A DNA stretch of 55,005 nt, the filler included, from Bipalium vagum (Eukaryota): the NCBI GenBank assembly GCA_037834085.1. It is 3 parts of 3 records of this genome, joined end to end, with 100 filler letters (N's around TTAATTAATTAA, not from the genome) between each part and the next. Parts side by side here need not be neighbours in the genome. Positions count along the whole stretch, not along the records: positions 19,265 to 39,143 come from JBBMKC010265870.1; 2 more parts are not named here. One strand, 5' to 3'. Position numbers and translations under genes: made by a program. The notes beneath the pieces were generated by a model. That model was not told the origin of the DNA and ran no database searches. It was given only the letters and a program-made list of their open reading frames with translations. This document shows positions 26,476 to 39,143 of the stretch, piece after piece (positions within the stretch are counted from its first letter, which is position 1; every line of letters starts with the position of its first letter).

Positions 26476-27832
26476 CATGGTCTTCCTAAAGAAGCTTTAC
26501 TACTTTAAGTCGCTATTTCTCCGTACATAAAAATTAAAAAGCTAAGTAATTTTATTTATACCTTTATTTAAACACAGATATTACAAAAATTTATATTTTA
26601 AATATGATATCATTAAAATGACCGCCTCTGGCAGTCTTACAAGTTTAGGCTATTTTTACGGAATTTTGCATAACTTTTTGGCATAAGTCAATTGAGATCA
26701 TAGCGATTTGTTCCAAAATGTTGTCTAATAGTTTTTGGTTGATTAAAAAATTTATATAATTTATATAAATTTTATAATTATATATTTATATAGTAAAAGA
26801 TTAATAATAAACTTTATCTTTTAGATATCCCCATAAGAAATAGTCTGGAGCCGTCAAATCGGGAATTTTTGGGAAGCCAATCAACATCACCTAAGCGTGA
26901 GACCACGACAGATGGGAATGTTTCGTGTAATAATGCAATTGTTTTCCTATTTGTATGGGATGTGGCACCCTCATGCTGAAAGTAAATATTCTCCACATTA
27001 AAATCATTCAGATAAGGCTTAAGGAATGTTTCTATCATGTGTCGATATCTTTCTCCCGTTACCGGAACCTTTTTTACCTGCAGAATTTTCGAAAAAGTAT
27101 GGACCAATTACACCTCTTGCCCATATTCCACACCATACAGTAACTTTTGGTGAATCTAATGCTTCTTTCTTCAAAACATAGGGTTGCTTTGTTGCCCAAA
27201 TTCCACAATTTTGTTTTTTAAAAACACCTTCACTGAAGTGAAAATGACTTTCATCAGTCAATGATTTTTTTTCCAAAAATGAAGATCCGCAGTTGATCTT
27301 TCTAACAACCAATTCAGGTGACTTTGATAGTCTGATTCTTTAAGCTTCTGAACTACGGTAAGCTTATAGGCTTTCATATGCAAATCTTCATGCATTATCC
27401 GCGACAAACTGGATTTTGAGATGTTTAATTCCTGTGCTCTATGACTGATTGAGGTGCGTTTATTGTCTTCAATGCTTTCTCGTGTATTTGCAATATTTTC
27501 AGGTATGCGAGCAGATCGATGTTGTCCAGATTTTGGTCTCTCTGCTACCAAGTCAAATGCTTCAAAAGCTTTAACCAGACTGTAAATTGTTGGTTTTCAT
27601 GGACATTTGTTTTTTCCCAAATTTTGCATTTAATTTTTTAACGGTTACTGAAATTGAACTATCGCTTTGATAAAATATTCTGGCAATCTCTGCCAGTTGT
27701 TGTATATTATAACGATCCATATTTAATTTTCAAATGTTTAACTAGAATAATGTTAAATATTAATTTATTTAAACAAAAACTACTTAGCATTTAACATGTT
27801 AAAAGTAGTAAAGCTTCTTTTGGAAGACCCTG
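26476..27832 (-). mobile_element. Full-length inactive rosa-like (DD41D-type, DUF4817 N-terminus) Tc1/mariner-superfamily element
   Basis: TA-flanked ~32-bp TIRs: CATGGTCTTCCTAAAGAAGCTTTACTACTTT at left, CAGGGTCTTCCAAAAGAAGCTTTACTACTTT as reverse complement at right. ATG at 27720 (MDRYNIQQLAEIARIFYQ), then LTDESHF, KVTVWCGI..GVIGPYFF, FQHEGATSHT, PDLTAPDYFLWGYLK. Frameshifted, with an AT-rich insertion at ~26745-26805. Confidence 0.9.
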
Positions 27833-28138
27833 TATATTCTTATGTTGTTATATCGTTTCAGGTAGTCCATGAGATAAATAATTTTATATCTGTATAAGAA
27901 CTTCATTTATTGCACATGTAATCCCATGTTATTTATTTATCCCATTAATCGAGACTTGAGAAAAGATAGAAACTTTGCTTAAGACTGATGTAATAGTTAG
28001 AGTTGAAAATAATCATATTCTACATAACAATAAATAAGAATACTTAGAAATATCAAATAGCCAACCTTTAGAAATGTCAAATAAATCAATAATGTTAATT
28101 TAAAATCGAACATCCAGATTTTATACAATATTAATACC

Positions 28139-29046
28139 ATGACCAAAGTAGAGCCAGTAAGGGGTTATCCATATACTAAGCCCAGAATGCCAATTGGGGC
28201 TCAGTTTGCAAACCCAGGTCCTATATATGGAGCGCCTACATTAGTAGGAGAAAGAGGTCATGACACAAGAAGCATACATCGTAAAGCCCCGGCATATTCA
28301 TTTGGGCTGAAACCTGATATTTTAACAGAAACACGTAGTCCTGGTCCGGCAGCTTATGGACCAGATACAAAAATTACTCGTCATGGATATGATGGTGTTC
28401 CAAAGTACTCAATCGGCCAATTACTAAATCCATATAAAAAAGAAGTAACACCAGGTCCTAGTGATTATCAAATTATCAAGGCAAAAAATATTGTGTGGCC
28501 AAAAGCACCAGAACATGTTATTGGGAAATACTTAAAAAGTTCAAGTTCTCATACTACCCCTGGTTGGCTTCTTAATTTATTTTATTATTATGAAATAATG
28601 TAAATAACCAGGTCCAAACGAATATAAATTACCTCCTCCCGATCAAACAAGTAACAAACCAAGTGCACCTAAATATTCAATGGGACATTACTTGCATTAT
28701 GACAAAGCCAAAGAAGTTTGAAAAAATTTTCTATGAGAACATAAATAATTTTACTATTTGCAGGGACCTGGACCTTCTGATTATAAAGTTGGTTCTCCAG
28801 ATGTATATCTGACTGCATCACCAAAATTTTCAATGTCAACAGGAGCTCAAATGCCTGACTCTAAATTTTTAACACCCGGCCCAGCTCATTATAAATCAGA
28901 ATTGGTACTTGATATAATCCTTTTCAAATTTTATGCATCTACTTTAGGTAACTTCTCATTTACGACAAAGCCCATCCTTTACTATGGGTATTATTCATAG
29001 TCCATATAAAGGAGAATTGCTTACACAACTTCCTACAGAAGAATAA
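28139..29046 (+). CDS. ODF3: Outer dense fiber protein 3-like (SHIPPO/PGP-repeat ciliary microtubule protein), 255 aa
   Basis: Exons 28139-28562, 28612-28715, 28764-28904, 28948-29046 splice in frame (introns 49, 48, 43 nt). N-terminal KPRMPIGAQFANPGPIY, repeated (S/T)PGP..Y and AP.(Y/F)S.G motifs, C-terminal PSFTMGIIHSPY. AATAAA follows the stop. Confidence 0.93.
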
Positions 29047-30456
29047 ATAATATTTTCATATAAAGAACATTACATTTTTAAAGATCAATAAACTTTACAT
29101 TCCATACACATTTTTCATATTTTTTTTAATTATAAATATTATTTTTAAATTTTTGAAAGATAATTCAGTTGCATAAATTTCTCATAATGATTTCTCATTC
29201 CTAAGAGTTTATTAGCAACAATTATTTCTAAATATTTTTTTCTAATGCATTACACTATAGAGTAAAAATAAAAGTATATGCTTTTAAAAATAAAATAATA
29301 AAAATAAATAATAAATAATTTCTATATTTTTCAAAAACGGATTTAATAAAACTAAACTTTTAATATATTATATATATTAAGATTAAGTAGTGACTATATT
29401 TAGCTAAAATTGAAATTGTTACAACATCACATCCATTAAAAATGTTTTTAACTGTTTCTAATGTCCCATTTTATTTTTATCTTGGATTATTTTGTCTTCA
29501 AGAATTGTTCTATATTTCTTATCTTTTCCCCTATCACCTAAGCCACCTAACATTATATTATATATTCAACACAGAAATTGACTGTCTGTTATTAAGCATT
29601 ACTACAATTCTTGTGTAAACTGTTTTTATAATAGGAATCAATTTCAATAACAGAATATTATTGAGAAACAACAATTTTAACAATACTCAATTTTATTATA
29701 AAGTCATTTAAAAAATCTCTTCAATAATCTATCATTTAAACAAATTAATACTAAATGATCTTTCAATTTTCATTATGAACAATTAATTTCCGTTACTTAG
29801 ACAATAATTTGTTTCTTGAAATAGTTATGTTTTAATAATAGACTACATATTTTACTTAGCTAAACATATTTTCTCAACGACTTCATAAACCAAAGAGCTA
29901 AATCGTTATAACTTTTGAAAACTAATGTGTTATTTAATGAATTTACTAGCTATTTTGCATTTAATTTTATTTATTTATTTATTTATATTTATAATAAGTA
30001 AGTGAAAATGAGTATTATAACTTAGAATTGAAATTTAATTTTAATATTTTTACTTTAATTAACTGTACTTTATTCAGCCAGACTCCAAGTTATCTTTCAT
30101 ACAATCAATATTCTCAATTATACTTCCTGTTACATTGAACAAAATAAGTATTAATATTTATAATAACCAAAACGATATATTTGATTCTTTCTCGGATTTT
30201 TGTTGGGTTCAGCAGTGAACTTCTTGATAATAACTCACGCAATAAGACAATAAATTCCTTAACACAAAATAAAAAAAGTCAACTATCTCACTGTGATAAT
30301 ATAACCATTGACTCCAAGCTGGCTACTGAAGATAGGAATCGCAGAGCTCCTTTTCAAAGTATGTGGTCGCTTTGGGACTGCGATCCAATTCAAGATATAC
30401 CCGTGTGAGTGAGAGTTTCGTCGGTATTGTCGTGCTAGTTAACCATCGCATTAATT

Positions 30457-31550
30457 TCGTGTGTCATTAATTATGAAATGTCGAATTTACAAAATCCAAA
30501 ATTTGACACTTGATATTTTACACAATTTAACTCGAAAGTTGTTTTTTTATGCGTAAATAGGTAATTAATTTGCATAGCGCATATGTAAATATCTGACTAT
30601 ATTAAAAATTGGTATTCTTAAAACAGTTCTTCAATGAATGAATATTGATGGTTTTAGAGATTTCGTGCAAGAGATTTCTGTCTTTAAAATATGTCACATG
30701 GTCATCTGAGACGAAGGTGAATTCAACTGGCCTGAAAGCTGTAGTGAAGAAGAGTCCATCTCAAAGTACTCAAGAATTAGATTTAAAATTCAATGTCTCT
30801 ATCTTTACAATAATTGACTGTTTGAAACTAATTAACAAGGTTAAAAAGCTTGATCTATTGGTACTTCACGAATTATGTCAATATTAGAAAACAAATCGTC
30901 TTCAAGTTTGTCTTTCTTTCTTGTTACGACAGAGATGCTAACCATTTCTTCAACGTATCGTGATGTGTGATGAAAAATGGATTATATTCGCAGGCGATCA
31001 TCTCAATTGTTGGATAAAAATGAAACGCCCAGAACCTATCCAAAACCGGATGTTCACCAAAAGGAAAATCATGGTATTATCCCCTACACCTTTTCAGAAC
31101 CAGGAAAATCTATTACAGCAGAAACATACCGTACTCAATTAAAATATTTGGTGTATATGTTCGCTACTAAGCAACCGAGATTGATCAATCCAGACAAATT
31201 AATTCTCTTGCCATACAACGGTCCACCAATATGTTGCCAAAGCAACGCTGCTCCAATTGCAGGAGTTGAAACAAGAAACTCTCTGTCACCAATGACTATT
31301 ATTTCTTCTGAGCTTTGGATCATTTCTTGGTTGAAAAAATATTCAATACAGAAGCAGCTGCAAGAAAGCCTTCATTGCCATTCTTTCACCAGCCTTCTTC
31401 GCTGCTGGAAAAAAATTACCATTAAGATGACAGAATTGTGTTGATGGTTTTGGTAATTATTTTGAATAAATACATCGTTTATTTTTCTTCATATATTGTA
31501 AATCAAAATACTGGTTTAAAATTCGAAATTTCATACTTAATGACCTAATA
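30457..31550 (+). mobile_element. Decayed mariner with both TIRs
   Basis: GTCATTAATTATGAAATGTCGAATTT (~30463-30488) matches the reverse complement of ~31519-31545. Motifs KVKKLDLLVLHEL, RIVMCDEKWI, PGKSITAETY. Confidence 0.9.
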
Positions 31551-32500
31551 ATTAATTATATCTTTATTTGTTATGTTTACTATGAAAAGTGTAATTGATA
31601 AGTAATATATTAATTCCTATTTATACTTGAAAGTATTCGAAAATAAACAAACTTATTTGAAACATCTTAAAAATATATCTATATTATATTTTATAACATT
31701 TTGGTAAACATTTTGTTTTTTTCTCTGGCTTTTTCGTGATCCAATGATAATGTTCACCAGAGTTCCCTTCACCATTTCGTTCAATCGAAGTTGCCTAATC
31801 ATGACTGAGTGGGAAAGTAATTTTCTTATACATTTTAACACATATATAATGATATAATACAGTTTTGATAAATACATTTATAATTAATTACTATGATGAT
31901 GCAGAAGTTAGTGCTCAAAAAATCTTATAAAGAAATTTTACATTCCATACTAATATACATGCATACATACATAGTAACATAAAATTCTGATAGTATTTTG
32001 GTTCATAAACTTCTATATAGATTCTTTGATTTTTTCTAAGCTTTTTGGATATTTTCTTTTAACTTTATTTCCATTTATTTTTTCAGTGTTCACAATTTTG
32101 GTAATTAAGAATTTTTTTTTAATTTATATACATAAATTCTACATTATAAATATAAACATTATAATATTAATAATGCATTGAGACTTTTTGTATAATCCCA
32201 TCATTTATTTAGAACTGTTCTCTTGATTTCATATATTTTTATAAAATACTAAACTTTCTTTCCTCTTAATTTTTAAATTCTTTTCTTACACCATGTTCTT
32301 TAATTAAAATGTATTAACTAGTCATAATATATCATAATATATCATCATAACAAAATTAAAATAAATGTTTTAAATCTAAATTTTTGAGCATACTAATAGC
32401 TGATATTGATTTATTTTTTCCTATATATATTTTCTAATAAAATTTAACTTGTTTAAATAATTTATTTTTAACTAAACAATATTGGTCTATATTAAAGTTT

Positions 32501-35064
32501 ATGGAATTGCTTAAGGCCATTAACTTTGCTGCTATCAAACATTCAAGGCAAAGAAGAAAAGATTCAGAAGCTACCCCTTACATTAATCACCCTATAGGTT
32601 TATAAATAATTTTGGTACTTCTTATAAAATTTTACTTAGGTGTTGCTTATATCTTAACCAGTGAAGGTGATATTTCAGATAATAATGTTTTGATTGTTAG
32701 TTTTAATCTTTATAATTCTAATTTGAAAATATGTAGGCTGCTATACTTCATGATACTGTTGAAGATACAGATACAACTTTTCAAGAATTAGAAAACTTGT
32801 TTGGTAAAATAGTCTCAGGTAATATTTGTATTCGTATCAGATATTTACACATTCATCTGGTTCACATTGTAGTCAACAAGCATGTGACATAATTAATGAC
32901 TACATGTCATAAAGTTTTTAACGCTTTTTTACTTTGGAAAGGACTTTAAACCTTTTCTAAATTCTGTATATAAAAATTGTCATTAGAATTTTTATCTGAA
33001 TATTCTGAAACCTTTTTTAGAAAATCAGTCTATTGAAATTAAATGAAATATACCATTTATATTCTTTTATATAAGGTCTACAAAACATGGATTTGACGCA
33101 GATTTTGGTTTATCAAAATTACCGTTATAACAGTCTGAAGAAATTAATTTTTGATAAATTAATAATCAATTAAATTATGAGATTAATAAATATTTTATTA
33201 TTTAAATTTAAATAATATTCTTTATAATTATAAAATTTAATTTGCCTGTAGACTTAGTTTTTAATTATGAATATAGTGAGTACTAAATAATATATAATCA
33301 ATTTCCAATTAATTGATTTTTTTCCTTTGAGAATTTTTATCTTTATTAAGAAATTTTTTCAAACATTTAATTATCAATTATCTGGCAATAAACATTGAAT
33401 GTTTTCCTTTAATATCCTTCTAAATATTCAGCTAAAAGTCACCCTTCCAATATACCTAAATAGTAATTATAAAATCTGATAAGAAATAGATTAATTATGT
33501 TATTGATTTTTAATTTTTATTAACTTAAAATAATTCTAATTCATTAAACTTTTTTTTCATTCATGTGGGTGACATTACAAATTTGATAAAATTATATAAA
33601 AAGTAAAATATGTATTATAAATAGTTAAAGTATTTAAAATATTTAACGTGGAAATGAATATCAAGCCAATTGAGAATAGGGTTTCTTTGAAGGTAATCTT
33701 GAGAAAATAACATGAATTGCAAACATTAACAGATATTTACATTATTTTGATACCTTCTATAATTGAATCATTGATTTCCAATAAAACAATTACGAAATTC
33801 ATTTTCTGGAAATGGTATAGGAGCTGCATCTAGTCATTATCATAGCTGATTTTTGAGGGTGCTTTTCTTAGTCATAAATATGCGTAAAATAAAATCTCCG
33901 AGTATGTGATGTTATTTCCTTCTAAGAATGATTTTTTCTGATAAAAACAGTTTTCCTACAAGTTTCGGATATCACATCACCACTGACTTTGGTTTTTTCT
34001 AAATTAATTTGCTTTTTCTAAATATTTTAGTATTTCTTTGAGTTCTGATATACAGTAAAGGCGGAATTAATCGGGACACCATAATTTTTGTATCACACAT
34101 GTACAAATAACAAGCAGATAAATGTGTATTAATGTTTTAATAATGTTAGTAACACTTATGTTGACCCTTAGGATTCATTAAAGCTATGATTCGTCGAGAC
34201 ATACTATCGATCAACTTTTTACAAAAATCACCGATTTCAGAATCTACCAAACTTTGATGACAAATTATTAATTCGTTTTTTGTTGTAGGATTGAGATTAT
34301 GGGCCTTTAGAATGTGCCACATATTCTCGATAGAATTCATGTCAGGTGATGATCCAATCCAAGGTAAAAGAGTATTTTTATTAAGACGTGTCATTGTGAT
34401 TTTTTCAGTATGACAAGGTCCGATATTTTGTTGATAGAGCCCATCACTATACCAAACTTTAGCTTGATCAACTAACTGACAGTTTATTATATTTTCGAAA
34501 TACTGAGCTGCATTAATTGAAATATTGAAATACCTATTAAAGAAATAATAAAACTAATTTAATTATAGCGTCTCGATTATTTCCACATCTACTGTATAGT
34601 GTTGGAATCATCTAATTATATATTACATTATATTACATAACTACAATATTTCTTTTATATACATTTTATCCATATTTTTTAATTCGTTAAAAGTTTAGAA
34701 ATGCCTTTGGTTTTTCTATTTCTAGGCAGCTTCTTTTTTATTATTTTTCATTGAGCTTAGTGGAAAAGTTCCATTTTCAGATATTGTCAAAGAAGTGACC
34801 GATGATAAATCTTTGCCTTCAATAGAACGGAAATTGGCTCAAATTCGTGCTGCACCTCTTGCAAGCTATCAAGCGAAGTTGGTAAAGTTGGCTGATAAAA
34901 TTTACAATTTGAGAGATTTGAACAGATCCACTCCGGTGGGTTGGGATGAAGATAGGGTGACGAACTATTTCAAGTGGGCCAAAGAAGTAACAAATGGATT
35001 GCGTGGAACTAATGAGAAGCTTGAAAAGATTGTTGAAGACTTATTTAAGCAGCGAAATATATAA
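32501..35064 (+). CDS. HDDC3: MESH1-type HD-domain (p)ppGpp hydrolase / NADPH phosphatase, 172 aa
   Basis: Exons 32501-32597, 32640-32695, 32737-32818, 34781-35064 splice in frame (introns 42, 41, 1962 nt). Motifs [57 protein letters not shown]. Confidence 0.96.
34053..34594 (-). mobile_element. Internally deleted Tc1-like element inside HDDC3 intron 3
   Basis: TA-flanked imperfect TIRs CAGTAAAGGCGGAATTAATCGGGACACCATAATT and CAGTAGATGTGGAAATAATCGAGACGCTATAATT. Retains YQQNIGPCH and [15 protein letters not shown] (DD34E C-terminus). Confidence 0.88.
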
Positions 35065-35589
35065 TTTAATTTTTGGTTTTTAATTTCCCGTTAAATGCAG
35101 GGGGTTCCGATTGAACTGTAAATATCGTGTGATTTTAACCTCTTACTTTTTTTCTATTAGTTAAGGATTCTGTTATTGATAATTTGAGAAAAGAAAGTTT
35201 TGTTTATTTTCGTTTTTATTGCCTCGAGTTTGGAGAAAAGATAAGTTTAGGGTTTTGGTAATCTAATATTTTCTGTGCAATTTGATTTATTCATAAAATC
35301 AAATATAATGGTAAAAAATGTTTAGGTGCAAAGTTATAATTAATTATATTCCTTGGAGAATCAAATCTCCATCAGCTTTGTCCTCATGTGAAGTGAAGCA
35401 GAAGTATGTTACACTGATATATATAACTGGTGGTTTGAAATTTTTTTTTAATGTGGTATATAAATAATTATTGCACTAATATTATTTTCAAAAAATTAAT
35501 TGAAATAGGTTATAATGTAATTAATTGAATTATGTACACATTAGTAAAGAAAAGGTACAAGTTTGATTTTTAAGTATACCATTTAAACA

Positions 35590-36110
35590 AAAAATATTTT
35601 GAAAACAAATGCAAGCTTGTCTAAAAGAATCTGGCTCCATTCCATGTTTTTGGAAAGAATTTTTTAATATAACGGAGGATCAGTGGTTATTGAATTTATG
35701 TTCCAATCTCAAGTGTGAATTGCCAATTGGTTATCCTGGCGTAAAGCCACCAAAATGCTTCGTTCAAAGTCAAATTTCTCATGCCTGTGTTTTGGGATTC
35801 AAGTTGTGTGATTAAGGACAACTCTAATCAGGAAACTGCGCACTTCTTAGTGCTATGAAAAAGTTACAACCGAACATAAAGAGTCAAGAGCTGTGTTTTA
35901 CATGACAATGTTCCAGTTCACATAAGTCAACGACCTATGAATGTAACCGTTTGGTCTTCGTTTCAAATCTACCATACAACCCTGATTTGTCTCCAACTGC
36001 TTGATTAATCATTTGAAAAACCATTTATAAGTTCAAAAAATAGAGTTTAATGAGGATCTCTGAAGACTAGCAAAATATTTTTTTAATAAAAAAATATTTG
36101 CCTGTCTATG
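35590..36110 (+). mobile_element. Highly decayed mariner remnant between HDDC3 and METTL15
   Basis: CLHDNVPVH, LPYNPDLSP and V(L/F)WD-like motif. Confidence 0.7.
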
Positions 36111-36936
36111 AAAATAGTCTCTTCATTTATAAATGACACCTATATATAAAATTAATCTGTTTATCTATACGAGTCTTATCAATACCACAATAAAAAATAT
36201 ATTTATGTCACTCATTCATTTTCATAAGAGCAATAGCCTAAGCAAATTAAATTCATATTGAATAAATATTTGAAGTTTTTAGGAATTTGAATGGAAAAAA
36301 ACTGTAATGTAGAGCTTCAAGTTACTATTTGAAAGATTTATATTACCTTTTTCATATAATTGAGCGATTAATTAATGAAATATTTCTGATTTCGATAACA
36401 TCTTACTGTTTTCTGGCAATCTTTTTTTTAATAAAAATTTTAGAGTTAAAGATTTCTAAATAATAAGACAATTTTGTAAAAGATAAAAGATGTACGTGAT
36501 TGTATTTCAACGTCCAATTTTTTAAATAAAATTAATGTAGGTTGTACATACTTGTTATTAGAGAAGGTTCAATACCAAAAAATCATGATTGCTCAAATAT
36601 TAAGTTTAGGTAATGAGTTTGAGTACTAAAACTGTAATATTGGATTGATAGTAACCTATCATACAGAAATAATGGTATCTTTTTAGACATTAAAGATTCT
36701 GTAGTTTGAGAGCGGAATTATTTTGGATGATAACGCAAGCAACCTCGAGAAAGTGATTATGCGACATCATGTCTGCACGGTTGGTAAAATAATTGTCAAA
36801 AAATTGCTTAGTATTCATAATTTCAAAAAATTTTTATATATTATTAAGAGAAAATGATTTTTTTTTACTTTGTTCAGAATTCTGAACATTTAAAGACCAA
36901 GATACACATATATTTCAAGGAATGCAGACTTTATCT

Positions 36937-38192
36937 TCACTTGTCTTTTTTCTGTAGAACTGCTCCAATTCGCATTCTAGCACTGCGTGCTCTGGGGTTC
37001 AAATCAATTTCTTCACGAGACGGTCTAATGAAATCCCCAATCTGATGTAAAGAAAATTAACGAAAATAAAAACAGGTCAATATCTTACATACTTGAGTCC
37101 ATTCAAAATCATCAAGGTCTTCGTCACCGAGAGTATTCGATGTTATTCGAGATATCTTGTTTTCGATTCCATTATGGTCTCGTTCATGAAATGCATATTT
37201 GACTAGTCGATCTTCCAACGAATGGAAACTAATGACAACACATCGACCGGTAAAAGGTTTCAAATATCGTTTAACAATTGTCAGAGCGGACCACAACTCA
37301 TTCAGTTCATCATTGACAAAAATTCTTAAAGCCTGAAAAACTTGAGTGGCTGGATGTGCTTTCCTTTTCAAAGCATCGTGATTCATTCCCCTTTTTTTAT
37401 ATTCATTTAACTCAATAATCAAAACTTATTACCATCCAATACATTTACTGATTAAATCAGCAAGCTGACATGTCGTCAAAATACGACCGGCTGTAGTGCG
37501 ATATTCAACAATCATTTTGGCGATTTTCTTACTGTGGCGTTCTTCCCCGTATTTACTGAATATATCTGACAGCGCATTTGCATCAAGAATATTAATCACG
37601 TCACATGCACTGATTTCACTTAAATTTGAAGTTTAATTATTAAATTAATTTTTTAGATACACTTTGAATTTTGGTTCATTCGCATGTCCAGTCTTGCGTT
37701 TTTATTGAACGAAAAACCTCTGGCACCGTCATCCATTTGCATTGAGCTAGCTCCCAAATCCATAAGAATAAAATCCACTGATTTTTCTAAAATTTTGTTC
37801 GTTTTACATATTTGATCCAAATTACTGAATTTATCCTTGACTGGAAACAAATGACTGAATTTACATAATTGAAATTTTTAAATAGACCAAAATAATTTTT
37901 ACGAGTATGATTTACTAAGGACTAGAGCATTTTGATAAGCCACGTTATCTTGATCTATACATAAATGAAGTTCGCTTTTTCCACAATTCAATAAGCCTCT
38001 TGAATGACCTCCAAATCCAAATGTTAAATCAAAAACAATCTGAGCCATAAATGAAAATAATGAAAATTTTCATACTTTGTAATTTCCTGATTTATAAACA
38101 TCTATCACTTCGTTAAGTAGAACTGGTTGATGAGTAAAATTACTGTGAATCAAACATTCATTCGCAATGGTTTTATAAAAGGCTTTCCTGAT
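36937..38192 (-). CDS. METTL15: Mitochondrial 12S rRNA m4C methyltransferase (RsmH/MraW family); no ATG start found
   Basis: Exons 38192-38076, 38039-37903, 37854-37663, 37618-37433, 37390-37093, 37041-36937 splice in frame (introns 36, 48, 44, 42, 51 nt). Motifs [85 protein letters not shown]. Confidence 0.95.
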
Positions 38193-38479
38193 CTGAAGAT
38201 GATATATTTTTGTAAAAAAAGAAGAATGAGGTAATTTATATATAATTATAAATAAATTTTAAAATATTATTAAAACTAAAATTTCATTTCTAAATATTTA
38301 AATAAAGAAAATCAAAGAAATATTAAAACAATTAATTACACATTTTCGAATATTTGACTTATTCATTTAGCTTGAAATAAATCTTAATTTTTATGTTTAA
38401 TTATCATGAAATGAAAATTATGAGAAAACTCGTTATATATTGTATAAACTGTTCATTATATAAGTTTTTTCAAAAAAGT

Positions 38480-38735
38480 CATTTTCAAGAGATTGGAGGT
38501 GTTTTGTGATCTCTTTTTTAAAATGGACATTGGTTTCGTATTTAAATTCTTCTATTATACTGGATAGTTTTTCAAACATTACCATGATTCATGTATCCAT
38601 TTTATTCTCCAGTTTTGCAGTTTGGCTATGAATGCTCTAAGATTGTCTTGAAATTCAATAATAGTTAGATCTCTTCCTTGTAATGTAAGATTCAAGATAT
38701 TTTGTTATTCTAATATATCTGTGTTAAGTTTTATG
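38480..38735 (-). mobile_element. hAT (Buster/Charlie-type) transposase fragment
   Basis: TDILE*QNILNLTLQGRDLTIIEFQDNLRAFIAKLQNW resembles the Buster-family motif DIF..LN.LNL.LQG......D.I.AF..KL..W. Confidence 0.75.
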
Positions 38736-39143
38736 ACCTAAAAAGATAATTTATTATGAAAATGAAAATGATTGTTAATATTTAATCGAGTTAAGAATAT
38801 CGATAGTGGACTTTTTAAGAACTTAACATAAAATATGTGCAAATTCAGAAGGATTTAGTGCGCGTACGTTCGAAGTTAAAATGTGAGGGATAATAATAAA
38901 TTGATTACTAAAAGTGAACTTCTCAAATTTATTAACAGATACTGATTTCAAAACCTTTTAAATCGATAAACGATAAACTTTCAATTGATTAACTGAGATA
39001 ACAAGTTGCTTTTTATAAAATATATTTTTTATATAAATCTAACAACTTTATTTTTTTTAATACAAATTTACTTTTAAGTTAAAACCCGAGATAAAGAGTT
39101 AATAGAAAAGTCAGATCACCCTTCGGTATCTTACTCTCAAGGG

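Noticed and set aside
30355-30390. Resemblance of TGTGGT..GGGACTGCG to the U1 snRNA 3' end
   Set aside because: No ATACTTACCTG 5' end, no proper Sm site and no other U1 stems.
32501-38192. Horizontal transfer or bacterial contamination of spoT-like and rsmH-like genes
   Set aside because: Both contain multiple spliceosomal introns, match host composition and correspond to standard metazoan genes.
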